A DNA stretch of 64,000 nucleotides, from assembly GCA_013824265.1 (NCBI GenBank), contig PNNO01000001.1, positions 178,149-242,148 on the forward strand. Direction: 5' to 3'. Source of the DNA: a bacterium. GTDB lineage: Bacteria; Patescibacteriota; Gracilibacteria; UBA1369; PNNO01. Both the position numbers and the translations under genes were made by a program. The notes beneath the pieces are model-generated. The model had not been told where the DNA came from, did no database searches, and saw only the letters and a list, made by a program, of their open reading frames with translations. Position 1 is the stretch's first letter, and each line of letters begins with the position of its first letter. Shown in pieces: positions 51,245-62,700 of the stretch.

Positions 51245-51283
51245 ATTAGGGTTACCTTAAGATTACCTTGAAGTAACCCTAAT
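51245..51283. promoter_or_regulatory. Inverted repeat, likely TA autoregulatory operator
   Basis: ATTAGGGTTAC / GTAACCCTAAT perfect 11-bp inverted repeat immediately upstream of the antitoxin. Confidence 0.65.
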
Positions 51284-51348
51284 AATCAATACTGAAAAAA
51301 GACATACACAAAATATCAAACAATTTTAAAAATATTCTAAAAAAATTA

Positions 51349-52173
51349 TTAACTTTCTCTAATCGCGTAAACCATGTCGGCAACTCTGCGGGCTTCCTTT
51401 ACGTTGTGAACACGAACAATATTTGCACCGTTCATAACACCTGCGGCGACGCAAGCACATGACCCCTCGCATCTTTCATGAAGGGGAAGTTTAAGAGTCT
51501 GACCTATAAAAGATTTTCTTGAAGACCCAATCATAATCGGCAAACCGAAAGATTTAAATTCGTCCAAATGTTTTAGAATTTGCAGACTGTATTTTGGTAT
51601 GGAACTAACAAAAGCGCCCTGTCCCGGATCCAAAATAAGCCTGTCGCGGGAAATTCCCTTTTTTTCGGCAAACTCAATTCTTTCCTCGAAAAAATTCTTT
51701 ATATATTTTATTACGTCGGTATATTCTCTGGCCTCTCCGGTTGTTCTGCCGTTGGCATCCTTTGAATACATAATGATTATTTGATTGTCATAATTGGCGA
51801 GAGTTCCGGCAATATCTCCGTCACCACGGAAAGCAAGAACATCATTGATTATATCTGCGCCTGCATCCAAAGCCCTTTTTGCAACTTCCGCTTTATAAGT
51901 GTCGACAGAAATTAAAATGTTCGATCTTTTTCTAACCTCTTTTAAAACGGGAATCACTCGCGCAATTTCATCTTTTTCGGAAACGTCTTTTGAACCGGGC
52001 CCTGTGGATTCCCCGCCTATATCCACAATATCGGCACCCCACTCAATCATTTCATCAAAGTGTTTTATTGCTTTGTCTATACTGTTATATTCACCGCCAT
52101 CAGAAAAAGAATCGGGAGTCACATTAAGGATTCCCATGATCAACGGCCCGTCTTTTAGCGATATTTTTTTCAT
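51349..52173 (-). CDS. folP: Dihydropteroate synthase
   Basis: MGILNVTPDSFSDGG, DIGGEST, SRKSFIG, RVHNV. Confidence 0.98.
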   Translation of the reverse strand: MKKISLKDGPLIMGILNVTPDSFSDGGEYNSIDKAIKHFDEMIEWGADIVDIGGESTGPGSKDVSEKDEIARVIPVLKEVRKRSNILISVDTYKAEVAKRALDAGADIINDVLAFRGDGDIAGTLANYDNQIIIMYSKDANGRTTGEAREYTDVIKYIKNFFEERIEFAEKKGISRDRLILDPGQGAFVSSIPKYSLQILKHLDEFKSFGLPIMIGSSRKSFIGQTLKLPLHERCEGSCACVAAGVMNGANIVRVHNVKEARRVADMVYAIRES

Positions 52174-52175
52174 AC

Positions 52176-52979
52176 TTACTCGGTAACTCCTATGTACTCG
52201 GTAACTTTTTTAGTTATCGGCCCAACCTTCCCGTCCCCAACTTTTTTACCGTTAATTTTTGTAACCGGCATAATCCCTTTTGTGGTACTGCTTATAAAAA
52301 CCTCGTCCATTTTCGCAAGATCACGACATTTGATTGTAGTTTGTTTTGCCCTTGCCTCCTTGATAATCAACTTACGAACAGTCCCTTCGAGCAAATATTT
52401 TTTTGGCGTAAGAACTTTCCCGTTCTTCACAAAAAACACGTTACTCATACTGCCTTCCGTTATTCTTCCGCGATGATCAACAAGAAACGCCTCGTGCGCT
52501 TTTTTCTTTAAAGCGTATTGATAAGCCAAAATTGACGGCAACATCGAGGTTGTTTTCACTTTGGCCATCGGACGTTCAATTTCAAAAGTAACCGCAGAAA
52601 TTCCTTTTTCATAAAGTTCTTTTGGCGGGAATGTAAGCTTTTTTGCTTCAACCAAAAATGTTGGATTTTTTGCCGGACCAAAATCAAGTTCATTCGATCC
52701 TCTTGAAAGAGTGATTCTTATTCGCGCTTCTTTAAGGCTGTTTTTATTTATAAGTCCGACTATTTGCTCATAAATTTCGGATTTTTTGTACGGGATTTCC
52801 AACCCCATAACTTTGGCCGACGATATAAATCTCTTAAAATGCTCATCAAAAAGCCACACTTTACCGGAGCAAGTACGCATTGTTTCATAAACGGCATCGC
52901 CATACAAAAACCCATGGTCGGTTACCGGGATAACGCACCTTTTACTCTCAACAAATTTTCCGTTTAAAACGTAGTACAT
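52176..52979 (-). CDS. PLP-dependent class IV aminotransferase (4-amino-4-deoxychorismate lyase/IlvE-like)
   Basis: DHGFLYGD.VYET, H..R, KT, TEG..SN.F, L.GT.R; adjacent to folP. Confidence 0.88.
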   Translation of the reverse strand: MYYVLNGKFVESKRCVIPVTDHGFLYGDAVYETMRTCSGKVWLFDEHFKRFISSAKVMGLEIPYKKSEIYEQIVGLINKNSLKEARIRITLSRGSNELDFGPAKNPTFLVEAKKLTFPPKELYEKGISAVTFEIERPMAKVKTTSMLPSILAYQYALKKKAHEAFLVDHRGRITEGSMSNVFFVKNGKVLTPKKYLLEGTVRKLIIKEARAKQTTIKCRDLAKMDEVFISSTTKGIMPVTKINGKKVGDGKVGPITKKVTEYIGVTE

Positions 52980-52992
52980 TTAAAACGTGAGA

Positions 52993-53472
52993 TTATCGCT
53001 CGTCTTCAGCGTAAACATGTTCGTATTCAGACTTGTTGTAATTGTGAAGTTCCTCTTCATCAAAGAATCTTTTAACTTCATTTTGCGCGTTTTCAACAGT
53101 GTCTGAAGCGTGAACGACATTACATGAAACGCTCATCGCAAGATCTCCTCTGATTGATCCGGCCTCAGCAGTTCGTGCTTTTGTAATTCCACAAAGAAGT
53201 CTTACGGCGTTAACAACCTCAAGTCCTTCCCATGCCATAGCGATAACAGGCGAACTCTTCATAAAGTTAGCAAGACTTGGGAAAAAAGGTTTATCTGTAA
53301 GATGAGAATAATGTTTTGTTAGAATTTCATCATCAAGCGCCATCATTTTAATACCAACAAGTTTAAGTCCTTTCTTTTCGAATCTTCCAACGATTTCTCC
53401 GATAAGGCCGCGCTGAATGGCATCAGGCTTAACAAGTACGAGCGTCTTTTCTTTTACTCCGTCGAATTCCAT
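52993..53472 (-). CDS. ndk: Nucleoside diphosphate kinase
   Basis: KPDA.QRGL.GEI, GSIRGD, N.VHASD. Confidence 0.97.
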   Translation of the reverse strand: MEFDGVKEKTLVLVKPDAIQRGLIGEIVGRFEKKGLKLVGIKMMALDDEILTKHYSHLTDKPFFPSLANFMKSSPVIAMAWEGLEVVNAVRLLCGITKARTAEAGSIRGDLAMSVSCNVVHASDTVENAQNEVKRFFDEEELHNYNKSEYEHVYAEDER

Positions 53473-53486
53473 ATAAATATTGTTAG

Positions 53487-53521
53487 AAAAAAGTCCACCC
53501 GTAGTTTACGGTATGGACTTT
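53487..53521 (-). terminator. Intrinsic terminator ending the giant-protein operon
   Basis: AAAGTCCA/TGGACTTT with inner CCGTA/TACGG stem, T-run on the minus strand. Confidence 0.6.
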
Positions 53522-53545
53522 AGGTTCGCAATGAAAAATTGAACT

Positions 53546-53758
53546 TTAAAGCATCGGTTCACCTTCCCCGCGTGTAAGTTCCCAATAATCGTTGGAAAGT
53601 GTGACGCCGAGGTAAAGAACGTAAACACCAATAAAGCTCATAACAACCCAGAAATTGTAAGGACTAGGGAAGTTATTCCATATCCAAAAACAGCCTATGT
53701 AAAGAACAGTCAATTCAAATATTCTTGATAGAATTATAAGTATAGTTTTTGTATTCAT
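53546..53758 (-). CDS. Small 2-TM membrane protein
   Basis: 70 aa, two hydrophobic helices. Confidence 0.65.
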   Translation of the reverse strand: MNTKTILIILSRIFELTVLYIGCFWIWNNFPSPYNFWVVMSFIGVYVLYLGVTLSNDYWELTRGEGEPML

Positions 53759-53786
53759 ATTTTTGATAAGTTATTGATTAATATTT

Positions 53787-56700
53787 TTAGCCCGAAATTT
53801 TTTCGCTCACTTTTCCTGCAACGTCTCCAGCCGCTGATTCCTTTATAACCGCACTTGCTTCTTCGGTAACTTTAACCTTCCCTTCAGCTAAAAGCTTTTG
53901 AGCTTTTTCCAACAATCCGTTTTTCTTTGCAACTTCCTGAACAACAGGATCCCCCAAATTTCTTGCAAGCATAAAAGCGGGATCTTCACCTTTCTTTTTA
54001 GCCTCATCAAGGTAACCCATAACAACTTTTTCTCTTTTTACGCTTTCCACTCTTCCTTCAACCATCTCATCAATGGCAGGCTGACCGGAATGATCGGCAA
54101 CATACAATTCGTGTCCTATATCTCCGATAACGGTAGCACCCTTTGATCCATATTTTTTCATGGCTTCATATTGTTCCGCAGGGCCTTTGTTAAATCCTGT
54201 CAAAAACCATATACCCCCCATAACAAGACCGCCTTTTTGCAAAGTACTTGTAACCGATGCAAAACTATCAGCCAAACGAGCAGCATCATTGGCCTTCTGC
54301 ATCATTTCGACCTGGATGAGAGACCTTGTTGAGTTTGCATTGTGAAGCTGGAATTCTGCAGTCCTTACAGCTTCCTCCCCCATCATAATTTCCTTATTTG
54401 TATTCGTAAGACTTGTGCCGGCACCATCAAGATTCTGCTTCCAAGTTTTTGCTGTTTCACTACTTGAGGCAACTTTATTTCCAACAGTCGCTTTATCGGT
54501 ATCAATCTTTTTTGCAGTATTAACGGAATCCAACCAATCTGTGTCAGCTTTATCAGCAAGTTTTTTTGCAGCGGCAAGCTCTTCTTGTGTTATATTCTTG
54601 CTCAACTTTGCAATTTCATCAGGCGACATATTTTTAGTCGCATCAAAACTTTTCTTAAGTTTGCTATATTGGTCGGTAAGCCTTATTTTACTTTGCTCAA
54701 GAGAAACATTTTTCTTTGCCAATTCGCTTGATTGCTTAACAAGATCGGCATATTGCTCTCCAATTTTGCCGTGTTCCCCTGAAACTTTCGCAAGAGTTTC
54801 AAGAGCCTCTGTTTGTTTTACCTGCTCAAGATGTTTTACTTCGTAAAGCTTTGTAAGCTTAGCAACACTATCAGCCTTCAAATTCTCAGCACCTTTAACC
54901 AAGCCAAAAGAATTCTCATATGTCTTTAAAACATCAGCCGGGATACCTATTGAAAGCAAATAAGCTTTTACTTTCTTGAATTCCCCAAGAGTTGCATACC
55001 AAGCTCTTCCAAGAAAACTGGCAGGAACATTTATTCCTTTCCCTGCATTTTCCATTGCCTTCATGTAATCAACTCCACCGGAAGTTTCTTTATAAAACTT
55101 TTGTATTTTTTTTAACTTTTCAATATCTTCAGCATTGTTAGCAACTTTTAACGCGTCTTCCACTCCATCTAAGCTTTTAAGATCGCCGTACTTACCACTT
55201 TTGCTTAAAGAGCCTATAAGATTTGCTTGATCCATTGCCTTTGCCGCAACCAAAGCCTCAGTTGCATTTTCAGCTCTACTTGCCTTACTAAAATAAGAAG
55301 CTCCGCTTGCAATCTTTCTTTGTAGCCAAGGAAGGTCATTTACATAAGCAACCTGTCTCATTGTATTTGCGCTATCAAGAGTCTTTCCTGCTTGAACCGC
55401 ACGTCTCCCGGCACGAACACCTCCAAGTCCGGCACGGAGCCCAACTCCGATCCCTCCCAATAAAGTAGCAACATCCGCAACAGCACCAATTGCTGCAAAT
55501 CCAACATACATCCATCTTTCCTTTGTACTTAATTTTTTACCGGAAAGAGTTTTTCCTTTAATAGCTCCCCTAATATCAAGCGATGTCCCAAGAAACGGCA
55601 TAAATCCTGCAGCAGCTTCTCCAAGATCCCACATAACCTCGCCGGTCTTTGCCTTTCCGGTAGCAAGATAATACATTTCGGCTCCAAGTATTATCCCTGG
55701 AAGCCCATATGTTTTAAGTGCGTATTTACCAGGAGTTGGCTTAACAAGATCCCTTATTTCATCCACTCCTTTTTGCATATTTTTCATCTCAATCTTACCC
55801 TTTACTCGCTCACCCTTAAGAGACAAAACTTCGCCAAAAGGCTGCGCTACTTTTGTATCTATAACGTTTCCAAGAGCCGAAAATCTGGCACGCGTAATCT
55901 CCTGCATACCGTTAAGATCAACCAGTTTTTTTGAATAACCGGCAATAAGATCTCCACCTGTGATTTTAGTTTTATCAAGCTTTGAAACATCGCCAAAAAT
56001 AGCACTCAAAGTTTGGTCGGACACATGTGGCAACTTATCGAGAGTTTTAGTCATAAACTCGGTACCGGCACCACGCTGTACAATCTCTATACTTTTTCCG
56101 GCATCAATAACTTTTTTTGCCTCGGCAGTCATAATTTTTGTAGCCTCTTGAACAAGAGAATGATATCTCGTAACCAAATTGTCGTGTTCCAGCATCTCAT
56201 TGGTAAGTTTCTTTTTCGAATCGATTACAGCCTCCTTCGAAATTTCGTATTTCCCGGCCCTTTCAAAAAGATCAGTATAACCTGAAACTTGCTTTGCCGA
56301 ACCTGCACCAACCATCTTCTCAACATCATTAATATCTTTCAAAAGACTACCCATGTTCCACCTTCGTGCATTTTGCATAAAACCGTTTGTCGCCCATTCA
56401 CTTATTCTTTTCATGTGATATTCCTTATATGTAGCTCTTATATATTTGTTTTCTCCAAAAATTTCCCTGTGTGCGCGTATTATGGTTGGTATTCTGGACA
56501 TACTTTTTATAAACCACTTCTCACGATCTTCCGGATTCCCATAAGCAAGATCAAAAATTTGCAACAACCTTAAATCTTCAAATTTTGCATTACTTCGTAT
56601 CTTTATTTTGTCTTCATCGGTAAGCTCCTTTTTCTCCTGAAGATATAAATCCAAAGATCTTTCAAATGCATCCTGTATACCTTTTTCCCGAGCTTTTCCG

Positions 56701-57632
56701 TCAAGCTTTAATCTTAAAGAATTAATACTCTCTATAAATTTAAGCTTCATTTCTTCAAGAGGGGTTTTTCCACTTTTTGCTTCAATCAAATATTTATTTC
56801 CCTGCAAATTATCATCCATTTCTCTTATCTGCCTTAAAGTAAGAGTTGATAAGTTCATAACCTCAATAAACTCCATCTTCAAATCATCTTTTGCCCTATT
56901 AAGAACCGAAAGATGTCCAACTTTTCTTAAAGTATTCACTACTACAAGGGCGCTATCCAAAAACCCAACGCCTGTTTTTCTCTCAAACCCCGGCATTTTA
57001 TAAACCGAAGCTGCACACAATGCATTCACATCATCTTCACCAATTTTCCCGCCCGAAAAATCAGAAATAGCTTTTCTGGCCTTTCCAAAATCACCCTCAT
57101 TCATCATAAGTTCAATCTCCTGTGCTTTTGCAGGATTTTCAGCCCTTAATTCATCTAAAAGATCCTTGAACTTGGGGCTTGCCGCTATTTTTTGCAACAA
57201 ACTCTTATCTTTATCTTTCCCAACATAATCTTTTAAGGTTGCAAAAAACTTATCTTCTTCCAGTTGCTGCTTATTATATTTACTTACAACTATATCTATA
57301 TTGCCAACTCCACTTGCAACACCAATGATTTCCTCGGCAAATCTTTCCGCCCTTTTATTCCTTTCCTCGGCAATAATCTCCTCATGCTTGGCAAGCTCAT
57401 TTTTTGTGTTTTCTATAATTATTTTTTTTATCTCCTGCCGTTCGGAATAAGTCGCCATCATAAGAGTAGACTGAAGGCCTTTTAACTTTTCGAATTTCTT
57501 GCTCTCGTACCATGCCATTATCTTTTCTCTTGAAAGAGCTTTTTTTTCTTCCTTGGTTAACTCAACCGACTTTGTTGTTTCAAAAGTTTTTGGAAGTTCA
57601 ATCTCCTTTGATTTTGTAGCTTGATCAGACAT
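53787..57632 (-). CDS. Large helical protein with pre-toxin TG (PT-TG)-like segment
   Basis: DLGEAAAGFMPFLGTSLDIRGAIKGKTLSGKKLSTKERW resembles PT-TG; coiled coils; hydrophobic hairpins. Confidence 0.7.
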   Translation of the reverse strand: MSDQATKSKEIELPKTFETTKSVELTKEEKKALSREKIMAWYESKKFEKLKGLQSTLMMATYSERQEIKKIIIENTKNELAKHEEIIAEERNKRAERFAEEIIGVASGVGNIDIVVSKYNKQQLEEDKFFATLKDYVGKDKDKSLLQKIAASPKFKDLLDELRAENPAKAQEIELMMNEGDFGKARKAISDFSGGKIGEDDVNALCAASVYKMPGFERKTGVGFLDSALVVVNTLRKVGHLSVLNRAKDDLKMEFIEVMNLSTLTLRQIREMDDNLQGNKYLIEAKSGKTPLEEMKLKFIESINSLRLKLDGKAREKGIQDAFERSLDLYLQEKKELTDEDKIKIRSNAKFEDLRLLQIFDLAYGNPEDREKWFIKSMSRIPTIIRAHREIFGENKYIRATYKEYHMKRISEWATNGFMQNARRWNMGSLLKDINDVEKMVGAGSAKQVSGYTDLFERAGKYEISKEAVIDSKKKLTNEMLEHDNLVTRYHSLVQEATKIMTAEAKKVIDAGKSIEIVQRGAGTEFMTKTLDKLPHVSDQTLSAIFGDVSKLDKTKITGGDLIAGYSKKLVDLNGMQEITRARFSALGNVIDTKVAQPFGEVLSLKGERVKGKIEMKNMQKGVDEIRDLVKPTPGKYALKTYGLPGIILGAEMYYLATGKAKTGEVMWDLGEAAAGFMPFLGTSLDIRGAIKGKTLSGKKLSTKERWMYVGFAAIGAVADVATLLGGIGVGLRAGLGGVRAGRRAVQAGKTLDSANTMRQVAYVNDLPWLQRKIASGASYFSKASRAENATEALVAAKAMDQANLIGSLSKSGKYGDLKSLDGVEDALKVANNAEDIEKLKKIQKFYKETSGGVDYMKAMENAGKGINVPASFLGRAWYATLGEFKKVKAYLLSIGIPADVLKTYENSFGLVKGAENLKADSVAKLTKLYEVKHLEQVKQTEALETLAKVSGEHGKIGEQYADLVKQSSELAKKNVSLEQSKIRLTDQYSKLKKSFDATKNMSPDEIAKLSKNITQEELAAAKKLADKADTDWLDSVNTAKKIDTDKATVGNKVASSSETAKTWKQNLDGAGTSLTNTNKEIMMGEEAVRTAEFQLHNANSTRSLIQVEMMQKANDAARLADSFASVTSTLQKGGLVMGGIWFLTGFNKGPAEQYEAMKKYGSKGATVIGDIGHELYVADHSGQPAIDEMVEGRVESVKREKVVMGYLDEAKKKGEDPAFMLARNLGDPVVQEVAKKNGLLEKAQKLLAEGKVKVTEEASAVIKESAAGDVAGKVSEKISG

Positions 57633-57657
57633 TTTTATTTTATGTTAAAATTTTTAT

Positions 57658-59739
57658 TTAAACAGCCGCTGCAACTTTTTCAATTTTTGCTTCCTGTGGG
57701 AGAACCGTACCTTCCGGTATTGTATCGCCGGACACAATTGTTATCTCCTGATCATCCAGTACGAACTCTTTATCGGACGAACCAAAATCAAAAAGATTAA
57801 ACTTCTTTTTCTTTTCAGGCTTGATTAGCTCAACTCCGTTTGCAACAAAATTTTCGGCAAGCTTAATACCCTTACCTTTTGGAATGATGATTTTGTACCC
57901 TTCAAGTTTTAATTCTTTTTTAAATTCCTGATCTTTCTTAAGCTTTCCACCGTTATCACCGGCAATTTCTTCTATATCTTTCATTGAAGAAAATCCTTTT
58001 CCTTTAAGGACTCTTCTCCCGATTTCAACGGATGTAAAGAATCCAATAGCTGTAAGTGCAAATGATTTTTTACCGCCCGGTTTTAAAGAATCCATAATAT
58101 CTTTTTTAAGATCAACTCCAAAAAAGCTAAGAATTGCGGCCAAAGGCCCAAGTTTCTTCATCATTTCTGCAGATTTTTCGCCGGCCACCTGGTCATCAAG
58201 AGCGCCCTCGGCAGTATCTTTCAAATCGGCTAGCTTCTCGGCTAGCTTACTCTTAGATTCAGCATCCCTTAACTCAACGGAAGGTTCGCCATTTTTATCC
58301 AATGAAATATTGAGAACAAAGTCGTTTTCCGGGTTTATAGCCTGTTTAAGTTCTTCACTCTCATTAATTTTTTTCTCAATCTTTTCCTTTAAATTGGATA
58401 TTGCTTTTTGAGCCATTTTCTCTGCATTTTCATTTTGATGCCCATCGGAAACAAGTTTCTCTTTTAGCTTTCCCTCCAATATATCAAGATACTCCGGCTT
58501 TAATCTTGAATATTTAACCGCTCTTTCCTTTTCTTGATTGTGTATATCAACAAGCAAACCCTTTGTTGCTGATTCAACAAGAGAATCTGCTACTTTATCC
58601 CCGCGTTTTCCGGCTTCTATCCCTGCTTCTTGAAATACTTTGCCCGGATCCATATCTTTTAACAAAGTGTCTTTAAGCCCTTCCGTGCCATTTGTAAAAA
58701 AGCTTCTTTCTCGCACCCCCTTACTTGTAATATCTATATAGCCACATTTACCATTGGACACCTCTTCGCCATTTATGCCGATAAAATAAACCTTATTTTC
58801 TTTTTCATTGTATCGATAAAAATATGCTCCAACAGAAGCCCCATACATTGCGTTCATTAAATTTCTTATATGATCGTCATTAATAAGTTTCCATTTATCT
58901 TTTGCGTTTTCCTTGAACCATTTTTCCAAAACACCTCTGTTCTCTTCCGCTGTGAATTTCTTATATTCACCTTCTTTGTTTTCCAAAGCCTCAAACAAAG
59001 CTAAAATTTCAGTTTGTTGTTCCGGACTCAAACTACTGTCTTGCTCCTTAGCTTTAAATTCCGTTTCAATATGCTTATAAGCTTTTGATATCGAATCCGT
59101 TCCGCTGTATTCATCTAGAGCGTCCTCGTTCACATCATAAGAAAACCAACCTTTTGTATCTTTGTCCAATGTATGACCACCAAGGGCCTCTCCTTTTTGG
59201 CAATTTTTCGTGCAGAAATAAAAACCGAACGTTTTGCCCGGACTGCCTGCCTTTGCGTTCCCTGCATATTCCGCCTCAAAAGGCTTTCTAAAAGGTTCGA
59301 TTGGCATATCCGTAACAACTCCACCTTTATCCTTTGTAGAACTTTTAAGAGCCTCTTCGTAAATCTTTTTAGCCTCATCTTTTCCCCTTTTTTTCTCTAT
59401 CAAACTTAAAAGCAAATATATATCTTTTGCTTTCTCCTTATCCTTAATTGAAAGAACAAGAATTTTAAAATCATCGGAATCCTTTACGGCCTCAATAGTT
59501 GTAACTCCTTCTTTATTGTTATTCTTCCAATATTCAAGGAGTTTTCCTTTAGCTTCTTCAAGAGTCTTCCCAGCCTCTTTTCTTTCCGCCACTTTCTCTG
59601 TAGATGAGGTTTTCTGATAATCCAGCCCTTTTTCAGGCGTTGCAGGCGGCCACACACTCTTGCCTTCAACATGTTTCATTTGCTCTTCCCAGGCTTGCGG
59701 TGAGCTAGGATCTTTTTTTTCTGTAGTAGGTTCTGACAT
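57658..59739 (-). CDS. Large hypothetical K/E-rich protein with C-terminal hydrophobic hairpin
   Basis: 693 aa; LGPLAAILSFFG...FALTAIGFF. Confidence 0.75.
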   Translation of the reverse strand: MSEPTTEKKDPSSPQAWEEQMKHVEGKSVWPPATPEKGLDYQKTSSTEKVAERKEAGKTLEEAKGKLLEYWKNNNKEGVTTIEAVKDSDDFKILVLSIKDKEKAKDIYLLLSLIEKKRGKDEAKKIYEEALKSSTKDKGGVVTDMPIEPFRKPFEAEYAGNAKAGSPGKTFGFYFCTKNCQKGEALGGHTLDKDTKGWFSYDVNEDALDEYSGTDSISKAYKHIETEFKAKEQDSSLSPEQQTEILALFEALENKEGEYKKFTAEENRGVLEKWFKENAKDKWKLINDDHIRNLMNAMYGASVGAYFYRYNEKENKVYFIGINGEEVSNGKCGYIDITSKGVRERSFFTNGTEGLKDTLLKDMDPGKVFQEAGIEAGKRGDKVADSLVESATKGLLVDIHNQEKERAVKYSRLKPEYLDILEGKLKEKLVSDGHQNENAEKMAQKAISNLKEKIEKKINESEELKQAINPENDFVLNISLDKNGEPSVELRDAESKSKLAEKLADLKDTAEGALDDQVAGEKSAEMMKKLGPLAAILSFFGVDLKKDIMDSLKPGGKKSFALTAIGFFTSVEIGRRVLKGKGFSSMKDIEEIAGDNGGKLKKDQEFKKELKLEGYKIIIPKGKGIKLAENFVANGVELIKPEKKKKFNLFDFGSSDKEFVLDDQEITIVSGDTIPEGTVLPQEAKIEKVAAAV

Positions 59740-59742
59740 AGT

Positions 59743-62700
59743 TTATTTGGTTATTGGTTTTATTTGAGATTTATTTTGTATTAAATTTGTAAGCTCCTTT
59801 TGAGCCATTTCTTCAACTTCTTTCATATATTTCGGATCAATTTCTACCTTCCCCGGAAGATCTTCAATCAACTCTCCTATCTTATTCATTTGAGCGTCAA
59901 GCTCATCAATTTCACTCTGAATATTTCCGGCTTTTTCTCTTTCATGAAAATCTTTGCTCTGCGAAAGTTTTAAACGTTCTTCTTCAAGCTTCATCTTTTT
60001 TTCATACAAGCCCTCAAGTTTATCGAATTCTTGGATTAAATCATAAATCTTCATTGAAAGAATCGGATTTTTTATAGCAGCGAACATCAAATATTTCTTT
60101 AAAAGAAACAATTCAGACTTATATACAGCCACTTTTGTAAAAGCCAATGCATCTCTTCCCCCCGACTTAAGAATCTGACCTTTATAGTTTTGAAAATGAC
60201 TTTTAATGGAACTGTAAGCACCATATATTCGTCCACTTTTTAAGCCATTAACGAAACTGTACTCTCCCTTAATATAACCAATCTTTGCCTCTTTCGTTAT
60301 ATATCCGGCTTTTTCGGAAGCGATTCTTGCAATTTCATTATCAATTAACTTTGTATCTTTTAATATTTTAATTTCGTTATGCACAACACCTTTTGCGCCT
60401 CTAAGCTCCTTAAGTCTTCCCGTAAGGCTTTTCCCTTGGAGCTTTGCTGCAAGTTGCGACTGAGGAGTCGTCCTCAAATCCGTCACCATATCATCAATAT
60501 TTTTTATTTCATCATTTAACTGTTTTAACCTTTTTGCATTTGCCTGCCCATTATTTTTGTAGAATTCAAACTGTCTTTCCTGGGCCACTAAGTCGTCAAT
60601 TTTATTTCGTACCGCCCTTTTTGCATTTTTAATATTTTCAATAGTAAGATTTTTCCCGCCCTGTTCAACAATAGTAAAAGCCTGATCTGCGGTAATTGTG
60701 AGCTTTGTTTCTATTTTACTTAACCTTCCTGAAGAATTAGCATACCTTTTTAAATGCCTTAAAAGCTCTTCCGCGGCATTTGTGGCTACAAATCCTTGAA
60801 CTTTTGGAATTTGGTCCTTAACCGTTTTCGCCATATCCATAATTTCCGCCTTTGTTTTTCCAGTTAAACCTTTTAAGGTATCGTCAACAACTGATTGTAA
60901 TTCAGGCCCAATTTTCCTGGCTCCTTCGGTTGCCAGTACTGCCGCCTTTTCTCCAGCTTTTGCTGAAGGTGCGTTCATTTGGCTACTAATGTTATTTTTT
61001 AACTTATCCAAAAATAATCCGGTAGCTCCCCAAACTCCCTGTCCGGCCCCACGGAAAGCAAGCACAATATCCTTTGCAAAATGAAAAAGATTAGCAGGCA
61101 GCGTGACTGTCTTTCTTGCAATTTCCAAAGCAAAAGCTTTTGCTCCGGCCCAAGCAGCGCTTTTACCGGCCTGCGTAGCAACACCTGCGGCCGAAGCAGC
61201 CTTGCCGGACCCTGCAGTAAAGAATATAGCTACTACATCCCCAATAGATTCCCCAAGCGCACCCAATGGATTTTTCTTCCACTCGTCCAAATGTATTAAA
61301 CTTTTTCCAAGCGTTTTAAGCGTAAGAGAGTCCAAACCTTTAAAAACCTTATCCGGACTACTTGCAAGCATTCCAACACCATTTACAAGTCCCGCTGCGG
61401 ATTTTAATACACCGGTAAGCACTGCCGCAGTCCCAGGAAATATGGATAAAAATCCGGAAGTGTTTTTAAACCCATTATTGGATTTATTGTAAAGCCATTC
61501 AGCCCCTTCGTATAGCTTGCCGGTTAAAGTTCCAAGACCCCAGTTACTAATTTTCCCAAAAGTGATTTTATTAACAATATATTTCGGTGCATCATTCGTT
61601 ATAACTTTTAAACCTCCCAAGGCTCCCCATTTACCAATAACACCGGTATTCCAAAGACTTGTGAAAAATCCCGGCTCTGTAACCTTTAAATTCTTAAAAG
61701 CTTCATTCTGTAAAGTAATATCATCGGAAACTTTGGAGTTCCCATCAAGCACTTTATCCAAATTTGAATCAACCGAAGATTTAAACTCATCGACCGCCAT
61801 ATAACTCACCTCCATATTCTCAAGAATCTGTTCCAGATTCTTTCTTATATCTATAATTCGGCCTATTTCCTGCTGTTTCTTGTCAATTTCGGAAGTTAAC
61901 CCTTCAATTTGCCCCATAACTCCGGTTTTTTCCATAAAGATATCAGCCTGAAGCAAATCAAGCTTTTGATTATCCTGTTCGGCATCAGTTAATTTTTCAC
62001 CAACATTCAACTTCAACAAAAGCACCTTTGCTTTTCCTTCAAGAACCGGCTGAAGAATTTTACTCTTTGCATTTTTAACCTGCTCGCTATCCGCACCGTA
62101 AACTTTTTCAAGCTGCTTTATTCTTGCCTCAACAGCAGTTTTTCTGGTTTCAAATCCATCTGCCCCATACTCAATTTTTTCATATCTTTCCCTAAGGGCA
62201 TCGCTAAGTTTAGATTTATCTTGTTTTGCCAAACTTATCTCATCATCTTTTTTTCCCAAATCAAGTAAATATGTACTAAGTTCGGCTTTTTTATCCTTAC
62301 GTTTTTCTTGAAGACCCAAAGCTTCTTCCTCTCTTGCTTTTGTCCATTCACTTTTCGAAATACGATCTTTAAGTTCGGCTCGAACAGACTTCTTATAAAG
62401 CAAAAGCCCGTCTTTAATCTCTTTTGACCTTTCGTCTATTCTGGATTTTACGGTCTTGAATTTATTAAAATCTTCATTAAAACGATTGCGTGCCGGAGCT
62501 ATAGCCTCATTAACCTTGGTACTGCCCTTTTTGCCCGGCTTAATTTTTCTTCCAATCCAGTAAAAGATCCCCGCTACATCTCTTTTGCTATGCCTTTTGT
62601 TGTAAGCCTCATATTTTGAAATTGCGGACTTATATTGTACCTGCATTGAATTAACATAATGCTCAAAAACTCTTTGCCCGTTCATAACAGACGTATAGTA

